A stretch of 64,000 nt of DNA from Amphiscolops sp. MND2022 (GCA_964187785.1 OZ076409.1:1488001-1552000), one strand, 5' to 3'; counted from the stretch's first letter, positions 15,052 through 26,822 are shown. Notes: generated from the letters alone by a model not told the origin. Translations and numbers: made by a program.

Positions 15052-15263
15052 TGAGTTTAGTAGTAACGGGAAACTGGCGACAAAAGGGCAGTTTAACGAG
15101 CAACGCTGATTTGGGAGCAGCCAAACTCGTTTCTGAAAAGACAAGCCAGGCCGTCCCCTCTGCTTCATTCCTGAAGAACAAAGCCCTCTTGCGCCGAGTG
15201 TTCCTGCCTTCCCAGAAAACCAACAACCTACCTCCTGATATCCACAGATCCACTGACAGTGCT
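15052..15263 (+). CDS. Probable post-S6 cytoplasmic/linker exon of the Kv locus
   Basis: tttgtttcag| acceptor in phase 1, compatible with the 9403 donor; open and GC-richer (SLVVTGNWRQKG...DIHRSTDSA); 3' end uncertain (gt at 15259 phase 1, gt at 15264 phase 0, or stop at 15282-15284). Confidence 0.55.
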
Positions 15264-15282
15264 GTACACTTAAAAAAAGTTT

Positions 15283-15763
15283 AACAAGCCGGGAACGGCA
15301 TAAGTCGGCGCTATGCCTAAGGCTCAAAAGCGCAAACTTTTTACAATATGCTCAAGTCGTTTCTTATGGAAACCACAAAAAAGTTTCGAAACATTTTCAA
15401 AAAACCCAAAAGGACCGAACTGGCGCGCTAAAAAGAGGACCCTTTTGGATTTTTCAACATCCATTTTCTTGCAAAACATCAAAAAATTAAAGGGGTACCC
15501 TTTGAGGAAAAATTTTTTTTCTAAAAAAAAGTCTCACAACGCCAAAAAAACTGAAAGGGGGACCCTTTAGTCTCGCCCGGTACTGTATGTTGTGGTGAAA
15601 AAAGGAAAAACCTTTTTGGTTCAGTTCGCTAGGCGAAATGGTTCAATTTGACACCATAAAATTTTGTAGAACTTTTGTAGAACTATTTTGGTCAGTTCGT
15701 GTGGATTGAAAAAAAAGAGTTACTATAATAGTCGCGTTTCACTTCATGAAGCGCCGACTAAAA
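15283..15763 (-). mobile_element. Helentron-type family A copy
   Basis: AACAAGCCGGGAACGGC..AAGTCGGCGC at left, GCGCCGACTAAAA at right. Confidence 0.75.
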
Positions 15764-15828
15764 AGCCACAACTGTAGTCTGAGTTTTCTATTCAAAGCAC
15801 TGACTGAAATTAAAATAAATTGTTCCAG

Positions 15829-15876
15829 TTTCAATTTTTAAGCAAATTTCGTTCTCGATATGAGCAGCTTTGCTCA
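15829..15876 (+). CDS. Candidate small exon encoding degenerate pre-S1 helix of unit 2
   Basis: ttgttccag| acceptor; only phase 0 stays open (FQFLSKFRSRYEQLCS); weak donor TCA|gttttg (alternative TG|gtattt at 15890). Confidence 0.35.
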
Positions 15877-15939
15877 GTTTTGTCAATTTGGTATTTGGAA
15901 AATGGGAACATAAACAAAAGTGTACATCTTTGTATTCAG

Positions 15940-17030
15940 GCGAGAAAGAAAACACTGAAACCGGTGGAAACGAAGTTTCCGAAGAAAAATCTGCGGCTGA
16001 TTTGTCATCAATTGTGGCTGCCCTTCGCAGAAAAGAGGCATCAAAATCAAAATTGGAATCAGTGTCAACAAAAGTTCAGGGTTCCAACCCAAAAATGAAA
16101 GAAACAGTCGAAAGCCATCCAGTTCTCGCAACAATTCCAAAAAAATGTGCCAGCAATCTGGTTCCGAACGGAGTTTGTTCTGTGGCTTCTTCAAAAGTGC
16201 CGGATCCGGAAACCTCGCTTTTGGAAACTCCGGATACTTCGGTCAAGATTACCGTCGAATGTCACGATGATGCTGCAGATGACGTAACGAATGATGAAAC
16301 CAATGACGTAATAAATGACGTAACTGATGACACAATCACGAGTGACGTCGATCCGTTTACCGAGAGTTCTTCTCGGAAAGTTTCAAAGTGTGTAAATCAT
16401 TGCAAGGAAGTGGAAAGTCCAATATTTGTGAATGTTTGCGATGATGAAATTTCGACGATTCTCAACCCGTGTCAATTGAATAATGGCGTTTTTGATGGGT
16501 TGGATAATATGCAGCTGGTAGCCAATCAAAACTCTTCTCACTTATTATCCAATCAGAATTCAGTTCAACTATCAGCCAATCACAATTTGACACAACTATC
16601 GACCAATCACAATTCGACTCAACTATCAGCCAATCACAATTCGATTCAGCAATCAGCCAATCACAATTCGACTCAACTATCAGCCAATCACAATTCGATT
16701 CAGCTATCAGCCAATCACCATTCGGCACAACTATCAGCCAAACACATTTCGACTCTACTATCAGCCAATCACAATTCGATTCAGCTAGCAACCAATCACA
16801 ATTCGACTCTAATATCAGCCAATCAGAGCCAGCTATGCAGTGACTCATCAAACTACGATATCTATTCAAACTCATCGGGATGTTCAGTGTTAGACGCGGG
16901 TTCTCTAATCGCGATTGACCATGAAACAAACGTTGATTGTAATGTTCACCGGAAAAAGCCCCTGGATAAAAATTGCGTCATGCAGCGACCGCAATTTCCT
17001 CAAATTTTCACTTCATCCAAAGATTTTTGA
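15940..17030 (+). CDS. Large acidic/low-complexity exon, probable (alternative) terminal exon of Kv unit 1
   Basis: Within 386-aa ORF; tttgtattcag| acceptor in phase 1 compatible with upstream donors; contains QLSANHNS repeats; stop at 17028-17030; AATAAA about 300 nt downstream. Confidence 0.55.
16520..16825 (+). repeat. 30-bp in-frame minisatellite (about 10 units)
   Basis: Unit like CAACTATCAGCCAATCACAATTCGACT/ATT encoding QLSANHNS(T/I). Confidence 0.9.
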
Positions 17031-17441
17031 CCATGAAGACTTGCCGCCGCTTTTTTCCATGGATACCTCAAAGATGTCAAAACTCGCCAGAAGAATGCCA
17101 AACCAATTTTATTATTCGTAATCACGTTATTTCTACTTACACAGATAGCTTTGTTACCTTGTTCCGTTCAAAGTATTCAATCGAACTCTAGTTTACCATT
17201 TATCATTATCATGTTAAGTAAAAGTATAAGAGTTTATGAAACTATTTATCCAAAGTATTATGCATAAAATGAGATGTATTAGGTGCTTTTCGATTACTTG
17301 CAGAATCTGGTTTTTAAAAGCTGAAATAAAGTTGGTAAGCTTTATAAGTTTAACTAAAGAACTATTCAAACTTCCAGAACTATTCAAACTTCCGAAAAAA
17401 AACTAAATAATTTTTCAGTTTCCTACTTAATTTTTTTTCAG

Positions 17442-17468
17442 AACAGCGGAGTCAATGGCTTGGGGAAA
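17442..17468 (+). CDS. Candidate 27-nt micro-exon directly before S1
   Basis: Strong acceptor ttttttttcag|; NSGVNGLGK; AAA|gtgttg donor in phase 0, matching the S1 exon and ending in the K that precedes S1 in Shaw channels. Confidence 0.5.
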
Positions 17469-17570
17469 GTGTTGTCATCATCATCATGACTAAGCTGTAT
17501 TAAAAATCCTCTATACTGCTGATGTGAAAAACAAAATTCTGTTTTTTTTTCAAAAAAATGGCGTTTTTAG

Positions 17571-17692
17571 ATCATCAACACCATCACAGTGACGTGTATC
17601 ATTCTGTCCATCTGCACGTTTTGTGCGGGTACCCATACCGCCTTCATCGAGCCAATACCAACCTCAAAATCACCCGCGACCACCACCAAAAA
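17571..17692 (+). CDS. Shaw/Kv3 channel unit 2, S1 exon
   Basis: tttttag|IINTITVTCIILSICTFCAGTHTAFIEP...|gtgagt; S1 motif S-I-x-x-F-C-x-x-T-H; phase 0/2; absent from the ORF track. Confidence 0.88.
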
Positions 17693-18395
17693 GTGAGTTA
17701 GTTGCCACTCATGGAGTCCCAAGTTCGAATCCGAGGTTCATCCTCAAAAGATCTTTTTAGTCGGCGCTTTTTTTGAGACAAGAGTCGACTATAGTCATGG
17801 CTTTTCGTCAGTGTTGTTTTTCGATACATCTGAAGTGACCAAAATAGTTCTACCAAAAGTTCTCCAAAATTTTCAGGTGTCGCCAAAATGTACCTGACCA
17901 AGGAACTGAACCAAAATAGTTTTTCCTTTTTTTCCGCGCAACATACAATACCGGGCGGTACTAAAGGGTCCCATCTTTGAGTTTTTTTCGGCATTGTTGG
18001 ACATTTTTTCAAAAAAATTTTCACCAAAGTGTCACCAATTCACCAATACCTTGACACTTTGAAGTCCTTTTGCTATTTTTGAGCCTTTTATATGGCACCG
18101 AAGTAGTATACGAATTCCCGATTGGGGCCAGTCAAGCCATCAAAATTAAGTATATTTTTTCAAACAAACTGTTAAAACAGGTATTTTTACAAATCCTGAT
18201 AAAAAATCATCAATTTAAGCATATTTTTACAAACAAACAGTTAAAACAGATATTTTTCCAAATATATCATCAAAAGTACCTTTTTTCACAACTCAATATT
18301 AACAGATAACAAAAACAAGCATATTTTCCCAAAATATCAATCAAAATTTAGCCTTTTTTCAAGGTAATTAATCAAGGTTTTTTCAAGGTTTTACT

Positions 18396-19727
18396 TGCAA
18401 TAAGACTAATCACGTTCCTGACCACTTAAAGGGAAAAAATCATTCTGAAGCTTTATTGCTCAAAAAGCCGCGCCAATCAATTCTAGTACCAAGTGGCTCA
18501 CATGTTGAGGACAATTTTAACCGAAAACTTGTTGAGGAATGGCTCGGAGCAGGATTACCGCTAAAAGTTTTATCACAGCCTAGTTTTCGCTCATTCTTTG
18601 AAACTGCCCTTAGCAGGAAAATCCCTTCAGTTTCCCAACTTTACACCAAATATGCTGACACAGTATATGCCGAAAAACAATCTACTTTCTTACATCTAGT
18701 AAAAAGCTTCAGGTCATATTACGTTATGTTTGATGAGGCAGATTATAATGGAGAAAAATACTATGCATTTTTGATAGGCAATCTTAATGCCGAGGGCGCT
18801 CACCAGCCCTATCTCATCGAGTTAAGTCGAGAGATGAAAACACCTGATGCTGTTGCCGTTCAGCAAAAGGTCATTCAGCTGTTATCAAAGGTAGGCCTAT
18901 TGACTTCTGAAGATGCTTTTAATAAATTTCGCCTGTTTCTTACCGATGGGGCTTCTTATTGCACAAGTGCAGGAAGGGAAATAAAAAAGACATTTCCGAA
19001 AATGGAGCACATTACTTGCTTCTCACATATGCTCGCTCGAGTTCTATGTGCCGTAAAAGATTCTTCTCCTTCCGTTACAAAAATGGTTAAATTCGTTACA
19101 AAATTTTTCCACAATTCCACTCGACGAGTTTCTGACTGGTCTATTGTTTGTAGCAAAAAATACCCCACACCAGTTGAAACACGCTGGGGGACATGGATTG
19201 ATGCCGTTATTTACATTTCCGAAAATTGGGAGCCATCTCGAAGTTTTTTGAATTCCAGGAATGTTCAAGAAGATAAAGACAAGGCGGAAAAAATTTTATC
19301 ATTGATGGACCAAGATGGCGTGAAAGCCCAAACAGGGTTTTTGTGTTCTCTCCAATTTATTCGCGAGAAAATCACCGAAAGTGAAGCTGCAGGATATACC
19401 GCAATAAAGGCCATGAACGCTGTTCAGTTTATCCAATCACGTCTTATTGATTTGAAAGAAACAGGAAATACAATTGCCGATGTTGCTCTGGCAAAATTGG
19501 ACGCAGTTTCGGAGAAAAATGAAGGTTTACGGAGAGTTGTCCGTTTTGCGAACGGGGAATCCATTTCTGAGCCCGCCGACATAGGAGTTTTCGCATTCGC
19601 ACCATGCACAACAGTGGATGTGGAGCGATTTTTCTCCGTGCTCAACGCTTTCGTGTCCGACAGACCGAATATACTTGAACAAACTCTCAAGAAAATGTTG
19701 TTTATTAAGTATAATTCAACATTATAG
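18396..19727 (+). CDS. hAT-superfamily DDE transposase (DUF659/CGGBP1-like), 5'-truncated
   Basis: 423-aa ORF from TTG at 18456 with FDE, LTDGASY, CFSH, ETRWGTW and APCTTVDVERFFS motifs; in-frame upstream CNKTNHVPDHLKGKNH looks like half a zinc finger; no ATG before it. Confidence 0.85.
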   Translation, partial: CNKTNHVPDHLKGKNHSEALLLKKPRQSILVPSGSHVEDNFNRKLVEEWLGAGLPLKVLSQPSFRSFFETALSRKIPSVSQLYTKYADTVYAEKQSTFLHLVKSFRSYYVMFDEADYNGEKYYAFLIGNLNAEGAHQPYLIELSREMKTPDAVAVQQKVIQLLSKVGLLTSEDAFNKFRLFLTDGASYCTSAGREIKKTFPKMEHITCFSHMLARVLCAVKDSSPSVTKMVKFVTKFFHNSTRRVSDWSIVCSKKYPTPVETRWGTWIDAVIYISENWEPSRSFLNSRNVQEDKDKAEKILSLMDQDGVKAQTGFLCSLQFIREKITESEAAGYTAIKAMNAVQFIQSRLIDLKETGNTIADVALAKLDAVSEKNEGLRRVVRFANGESISEPADIGVFAFAPCTTVDVERFFSVLNAFVSDRPNILEQTLKKMLFIKYNSTL

Positions 19728-19814
19728 ACGTTAATTGTTGTTTAATTAATGTTATTGAACAATAAATTTGTGTTTTCTTTGGCATTCTAGCAGTGCCGAA
19801 AAAAGTGCCGAAAA

Positions 19815-20234
19815 CTAGCTCAAAATGCCGATTTTCGGCGCCGAAAACGAAGACAAAATGCCGAAAATAATTCTTCCTAGATACAACACATACAAACAAT
19901 ACGCCGCACAATAACTGTCGTCGGTCTGAATTTGATGTTCTGAATAGATACCTTTTTTAATGTGATTAAGTATACTAGTTGGAGGTGGTCATCCATTTGA
20001 ATCAAAATAATACTCGTTAACAAACATAACCCAATGTGTTCCTTTGGTTGGATGTAAATTTACAATTCCAGAATCTGTTGTAAACTTATTATCTCTCATG
20101 TAAATTCCTACTGGGATTGTTAGTTTACCGGAGGCGCAAAGCGTATCAAGAACTTCTTTTATTTTAATATTGGAGGTTGCTTCATCTTTTAATCCATATT
20201 AATCAACAAATTCTTTGAATGATAAACAATTCAT
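19815..20234 (-). pseudogene. Adenain-type (Polinton/adintovirus-like) cysteine protease pseudogene
   Basis: MNCLSFKEFVD*YGLK...GIVNLHPTKGTHWVMFVNEYYFDSNG*PPP...EHQIQTDDSYCAAYCLYVLYL; catalytic H, D, Q, C motifs present; two in-frame stops. Confidence 0.85.
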
Positions 20235-21044
20235 TTATTAGTTATTTTTTATGACAAAAATTTCCACTGGAACAATTTGTTATTTAATTTTTCTTTTGTC
20301 AATTTTTTAGTTGTGAAAAAGGCTAATTTTTGATTAATTACCTTGAAAAAAGGCTAAATTTTGATTGATATTTTGGGAAAATATGCTTGTTTTTGTTATC
20401 TGTTAATTTTGAGTTGTGAAAAAAGGCACTTTTGATGATATATTTGGAAAAATATCTGTTTTAACTGTTTGTTTGTAAAAATATGCTTAAATTGATGATT
20501 TTTATATCAGGATTTGTAAAAATACCTGTTTTAACTGTTTGTTTGAAAAAATATACTTAATTTTGATGGTTTGACTGGCCCGAATCGGGAATTCGTATAC
20601 TATTCACCGACTAGGGCCGGCTTGTTTTATAGTGTTTTACCATGAAGTCGTTGACTTCGAATTTTTCCCTTCTCGATCTGCAGTTTAGTTGAAACCGCCG
20701 GATATTGAATCTGACTTGACTTATTTTAGTTATGTTTCTCAGATCCCAGTCATACGATTTTGATGCCATTGCATGGAAATGTTCATTTAAAGGTCGGGAG
20801 AAAAAGGTACGCGTGCATAAGTAGTCAAAAATTTTTCCGACTCCTAAAATCTGAAATTATCACCTTTTCTAATCGTAGTTGTTCCGATAACTTTCAAGTG
20901 ATTTGATTTCTTCACAAAGATTTTAATTTACTGCATTTTTGACCCGTTGACTTTGATAAGTTGAACCTTGATCACTTGACCCTTAATAACTTGACCCTTG
21001 ATGAGTTGACCTTTGATAAGTTGAGCTTTGACCTTGACCTTTAG

Positions 21045-21244
21045 TGGTTCTTCAACGATGCCGGTGGGCAGTTCACAGACGTACCCCCTGCAAGACTACT
21101 GGGACGCAACGGGGCAGCTGAAACTGAATGGCCGACCCAAACAGTACCTTTTCATAATCGAGTGCTTCTGCAATGCCTGGTTCACCTTCGAACTCATCAC
21201 TCGTTTCATCGTGTCACCCCAGAAAATGCACTTCATACATGAAG
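21045..21244 (+). CDS. Shaw/Kv3 channel unit 2, S1-S2 loop and S2 exon
   Basis: LFIIECFCNAWFTFELITRFIVSP matches Shaw S2; phase 2/1 consistent with neighbours. Confidence 0.92.
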
Positions 21245-24239
21245 GTTACTATGCGGACACTTTGCCACACCGTCGTACTAGGTGAACCAAAAGAAACGGA
21301 ACACACAAAATATTCACTCTTCAAAATCGTAATATTTGTAAACATGACACTGAAAACCTTTCACTTTCTATGTCAATCATCTTCTCATTACGTAATCAAT
21401 TCTTCATCGAAGAATGATCCGAACATTCATGAAAAACTGTAGACGTCTTCACCAGTCATTTCGTTCACACTTTCGATAAGTGAAAGTTCATTTGCTTCAA
21501 AGAAACAATGTCAAAGTGAATGACTGACGAGCTGAATTGCAATGTTCAGAGTTTTTTTGAAACATTTGTTGACAAATATTTGAAACTCTGATAGCTCAAA
21601 CATTTTCATGCTTTCACACAGTAAAATGAGCTGTGCAAAGTACTGTGCAATGTCTATTTATCTAACTAACTGTATCCCATCGGGACTGTTCAATTCGTCG
21701 AACACGTATTAATTTAGCGAGCATGGTATGAGGTAATGGAATGAATTGATTTCGGCCAATCAAATTCGAGCATTCAAAATTACGATAACGTCGTCAGCTA
21801 TTTTCACATACTCCTAGTGCCCTAAATGCAGGAGCGAAGCTGAGTGAAGCGACGTGCCATATGGCCATGTCTCAATATTGCTACTTGGCGAAGGGAGCGA
21901 AGCGACCGAGCCATACAACAAATATCCTAATCGCCACAAAATATAACCAAATGAAAATAATCGCTGAGTTGGAATTCTTTCGACGCATTGGATAGCTTTT
22001 CATTTTTCGACGATTTGAATGTTCGTTCGACGAATTGAAGTTGCACCGTATCCCCTGCAAACCGATTTCTGCCAAACGGCACATATTATTAATTGGGGTA
22101 CCGGTTTCAAGGACGGTGGAGTTAATTTCATTCATTCGAACATTTCATTTTCTGTCTAAACCACAAGAAAAAATCTGTTAAAAATTCTATACGACAAGAA
22201 AAAGTCTGTTAAAAAGTTGAACAAACTAGTAGTTGTAGTAGTGACATATGAAATCCAAATTCTCAGAGTTCCTAAAATTTCAAAGATTGTCTACAAACGT
22301 TTCACGACAACTTTGAATGGTGCTGTCAATCATTCACATTGTCAACTTCGTTCGGAGCAAAAGAATTTTCACACATCAAATTGGGAACGAAATGACTGGT
22401 AGCGATGTCTAGAGTTTTTCTCATGGTTCGAACTATCCTTAGTTGAATGTAAGTTCAAGTAACAAGGGCTTCTTTCTAAATGATTAAAACAAAATTTGAA
22501 TAAATTTCAGTGCTTTATGTACAATTAATGCGACTTCGAAGACGCAAATGTTTGTGCGTTCCGTTTTCTTGCTTAACCCAGTACACGTTTTTCTACTTTT
22601 CACCGCTAACTAGGTGAACCAATATAACGAAATTCACAAAAATTTCGTTTCAGGAACTGTAACATTTGTAAACAAGGCTCTCAAATTGTTTCATTTTTTC
22701 GCTCAATCATTTGAAATGGAGCTCTCATTACGTAACTAAGTCTTTGACTAAGGATGATCCGACTCGGAGGTTTTTACCCTTCTCACAGTTTTACCAGTCA
22801 CTTCGTTCCAACTTTTGATGAGTGATTGTCTCTAGCTTCGAACAAAGTTGCCATAATTAGTGATTGACAACAGCGTTCAGAAGTGTTTTGAAACGTTTGT
22901 TGACAAATATTTGAAACTTTGAGAATCGGAAAAAAAATGTATGGGATCGGTTTTTTGTTCACTTGGTAGATGATCCGCAAAGAACGGTACAAAATGGAAA
23001 TATCGCAATTTAACAACGTTACCAATTGTCAAGAAGATGTTTGGAGTTTCCATGTTTCATGTTATCGTTTGCCAATCATACAGAACAACATCAGACAAGC
23101 TTGACAAGCACTTTGAACTTAACTAGCGAAATCGCCATACGATGCCCACTTTTTTCGATCACAGGCGGTTTGAAAATACATTTCACCCTAGTCAAGTAAC
23201 AACTGATTGTAGACTCACACTACATCGAGACACATTTTGATGGCTTGTTCATTCGGAACTCTCTCCATATTCGCTCTCTCCATTTTAGTGAACTTTCGTG
23301 ATCAGAAATCACTTCCTTATCGAAAAACATGAAAAAACTGATGAAAATGCTTTTTCGATATTTTTCCTTCAAAAAAGTCTTATAGTGTTGAAAACTCGAA
23401 GGGGACGGTTTGCGATCTTCAACTTTTTTGCTTTCAGTAAAAACGGGAAAAGATGAAGAGAATCCTTCAGTCCCATAGAGTTTTGATGATACAGTAAAAC
23501 TATGAAAAACTCAAAAAGAATAAGTACTTTTGGCTTCTTTGGTCTCGCCTAAGAACTTGAACGTAGAGTCCGTAGAAAGTGGCTATTTCAGTTTAAACTC
23601 TGTGGTCGTGATAAAAAACTAATCACCGTAATATTCGGCCACAACTTCTAAGACCACGCGGCGACTGAAAAAATTTTTGTATCGGGTTCTGTTTTTCACA
23701 GGTTACACACGGTATTACTGCAAGAATCCAGAAAAATATTTCACTCCACTTTTCTCAATTCTTGAAAACACATCTATTATAATGCAGGTAAAGAACCCAC
23801 ATAAGACTACAACAGATTTAATGCGGTCAGTGTTTTTCCCCGATTGGCGTCGTAATGTAGTTTTTTGCAAGTCATCTTGTTGACATTTTGAAAACACCTT
23901 GTTGAAAACATTGTTTCAAATAAGATGGAAATTACTCAAACTTCAGATTCTTGAATTACTTCGTGTTTTGGACGGAGCACGGATTTTTTACCACATCTTC
24001 GAATAAAATGAATAAAATATATGTAAATCGATGAGTATTCAAATGAAATTGCTCATCGCTTATTTACCATCACATCAAATTACAGTGATTTTGTGACTTT
24101 CTACAAAATGCTCAAAAATACTTTTTTCGTTCACAAAAAGTTTGTTCCTTGATCTGGGTTACTGCTTAGAAACCCTTCTTGAACAAACCTTCAATCATCT
24201 ACAGTTTGATCTTTCATTGAGTTTTTTTGAGTTTGTGAA

Positions 24240-25445
24240 CTTTTCAAGCCTTCAACTTTTTGACCCTTCAATTTTTGACCCTTGAAATTTGATCCTTGAC
24301 TTTTGAAGCGTAACTTTTAACGCTTGAGTTCTTAACCTTGACTTTTGACCCTTTTCTTTTTTTGACCATCGACCCTTGACTTCGTTTGACCCTTGACTTT
24401 GTGTTTGACTCTCTACTTTTGATCCTTGACTTTTTCCACCGTTGATTTTCTCGACCCTTGACTTTGTTTGACCCTTGACTTTTGACTCTTGACTTTTGAC
24501 TCTTGACTTTTGACCCTTGACTTTTTCTACCGTTGACTTTTGACCCTTAACTTTTTTTGACCCTTGACTTTGGACCCTTGACTTTGTTTGACCCTCTACT
24601 TTTGACCCTTGACTTTTTCCACCGTTGACTTCTTCGACCCTTGACTTTGTTTGACCCTTGACTTTTGACTCTTGACTTTTGACCCTTGACTTTCTTTGAC
24701 CCTTGACCCTTGACTTTTGACCCTTTGACTTTGTTTGACCCTTGACTTTTGACTCTTGATTTTTGACCCTTGACTTTGTTGACCATTGACCCTTGACTTT
24801 TGACCCTTTGACTTTGTTTGACCCTATACGTTTGACCCTTGACTTTTTCCACCGTTGATTTCTTCGACCCTTGACTTTGTTTGACCCTTGACTTTTGACT
24901 CTTGACTTTCACCCTTGACTTTGTTTGACACTATACGTTTGACCCTTGACTTTTTCCACCGTTGATTTCTTCGACCCTTGACTTTGTTTGACCCTTGACT
25001 TTTGACTCTTGACTTTCACCCTTGACTTTGTTTGACCCTTGACCCTTGACTTTTGACCCTTTGACTTTGTTTGACCCTCTACGTTTGACCCTTGACTTTT
25101 TCCACCGTTGATTTCTTCGACCCTTGACTTTGTTTGACCCTTGACTTTTGACTCTTGACTTTCACCCTTGACTTTGTTTGACCCTATACGTTTGACCCTT
25201 GACTTTTTCCACCGTTGATTTCTTCGACCCTTGACTTTGTTTGACCCTTGACTTTTGACTCTTGACATTTGACCCTTGACTTTTGACCCTTTGACTTCGT
25301 TTGACCCTTGACTTTTGACTCTTAACTTTTGACCCTTGACTTTTTCCACCGTTGACTTTTGACCCTTGACTTTTTCCACCGTTGACTTTTGACCCGTGAC
25401 TTTTGACCCTTGACTTTTTCGACTGTTGACTTTTGACCCTTGATT
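24240..25445 (+). repeat. 1.2-kb TTGACCC/TTGACTT minisatellite
   Basis: Degenerate 7-mer units with higher-order repeats; abuts the S3-S4 acceptor. Confidence 0.95.
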
Positions 25446-25453
25446 ATTGACAG

Positions 25454-25635
25454 GTGTGAACATCATCGACTTCCTGGCCACAATCAACTTCTACATCGCA
25501 GTGTTCCAGCGGGTGTTCAAACTGGAGGGCATCCTGCGAGACATCTTGGACGTGCTTTCAATCGTGCGCATCCTGAGGATCTTCAAACTCACCAGACACC
25601 ATCCCGGCCTCAAAATCCTCCAACTCACACTCAAG
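25454..25635 (+). CDS. Shaw/Kv3 channel unit 2, S3-S4 exon
   Basis: VNIIDFLATINFY (S3) and LSIVRILRIFKLTRHHPGLKIL (Shaw-type S4); ends AAG|gcacca (GC donor). Confidence 0.93.
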
Positions 25636-26822
25636 GCACCAACCCCGCCCCATTTATTTCGAAATAAATAAACAAACTAGTATCTACGAAAAGTTGACTT
25701 TTTGCCCCTTTGACTCGTCATACTATGCCCCCCCCCGTATTCGTTTTCACTTGCAAATCCCCACTCAGCCAATCAGAAGCGTTGATACTTCATACATGTA
25801 TTTAAGAACGTTTCTCTTTGTTCTCCCTTTTTTGGCGGGGGGGGGGGGGTATGACATAAAGAGAGCGATCCCTTTTTTTGGATGTCATAAACGGCGGGGC
25901 TCTTTTCTGCCCCCACCACCACCATAATTTTTGAAAGTAAATTTTCTTGAAAATTTCAGACTAGCCTAATTAAAAGTATAATAAATACATCGAAAAAATT
26001 GTACAATAATAAAAATAGGGCAATTCGTCGCGCAGAAAAGTGAAACGATTAAAAAAATGTTGCAAGAAGCTTGTTAAGTACTATTATTTTCATGCCCACA
26101 TTTTTTACTGCCTTTGAATTCATATTTTCAATCTTGATTTTGATGTCTTGATTTTGATCAAAATGTCAATTTTGATTGCCTCGTCTACAGAAAAATACCA
26201 AAGCAAACTTCAGCAAAACTTTGTTTTAACATTAGTTTTTCCCGTTTTTTCAGAATTTTTTGATTATATAGGTGGAATATCTTCGTCCTATACATTATTT
26301 TCTCTCAATTAAGATAAGCATGGATCTTTTCATCCACAGCTGTAGTTGATCAAATGTCTACTATCCATCAAAGTTGCGATTTGAACATTTTTTTTCGTTT
26401 TATAGTTTTCTTTCTTTTCATCAAAAAATACTTTTTTTGTTTTTCCTAAAAATGCAAAATAACTGCACACTGGTCACATTCACACAAAAAACACAGTCAA
26501 ATTTATTATTTCAGTGAATATAAATTCACAATTTGCATCAACAATTTGACATATTTGGCATTTCAATTAAGATCTGAAAGAAAGAAAAACACGTGTCACA
26601 CAGTAATCACGAAGATTATTACCAATAACAGAAAACATAAGTTTGATATCTTGAAACTGTAGTGAAAAAAAAAACAATCAAAAACATTTTTTTCAATGCT
26701 CTTTAAAACATGTTTCTTATCCCTTGTTTAAAACAGTTGTTTAAAACAATGCCACCTCCCTATCCAACTAGCTACATCTAACTAAGCAAGACCAAAGTGG
26801 AGTGGGTTCGGTTCCCTGACAG

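Larger units (their letters stand above)
18102..20604. mobile_element. Non-autonomous Polinton/Maverick-derived element with long TIRs
   Basis: TIRs 18102-18375 and 20330-20604; left end AGTAGTATACG, right end CGTATACTATT; 6-bp TSD CACCGA (18096-18101, 20605-20610); internal adenain-like protease remnant. Confidence 0.8.
17754..20626 (+). mobile_element. Helentron-type family A copy interrupted by the Polinton derivative
   Basis: TTTTTAGTCGGCGC start; 3' subterminal repeat split as GGCACCGA|...|CACCGACTAGGGCCGGCTTGTT. Confidence 0.75.

Noticed and set aside
16462..16929. Minus-strand ORF with ESNCDWLI repeats
   Set aside because: Antisense reading of the 30-bp minisatellite
17455..17493. 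ATG-initiated MAWGKCCHHHHD* as start of the second channel
   Set aside because: Out of frame with S1 using the available donor, and it stops quickly
18102..20604. Simple autonomous hAT transposon
   Set aside because: 6-bp TSD, very long TIRs with an AGTAGT end, missing transposase N-terminus and a protease remnant fit a Polinton-derived chimera better
24547..25487. K/S/Q/V-rich minus-strand ORFs
   Set aside because: By-products of the TTGACCC minisatellite, antisense to an intron
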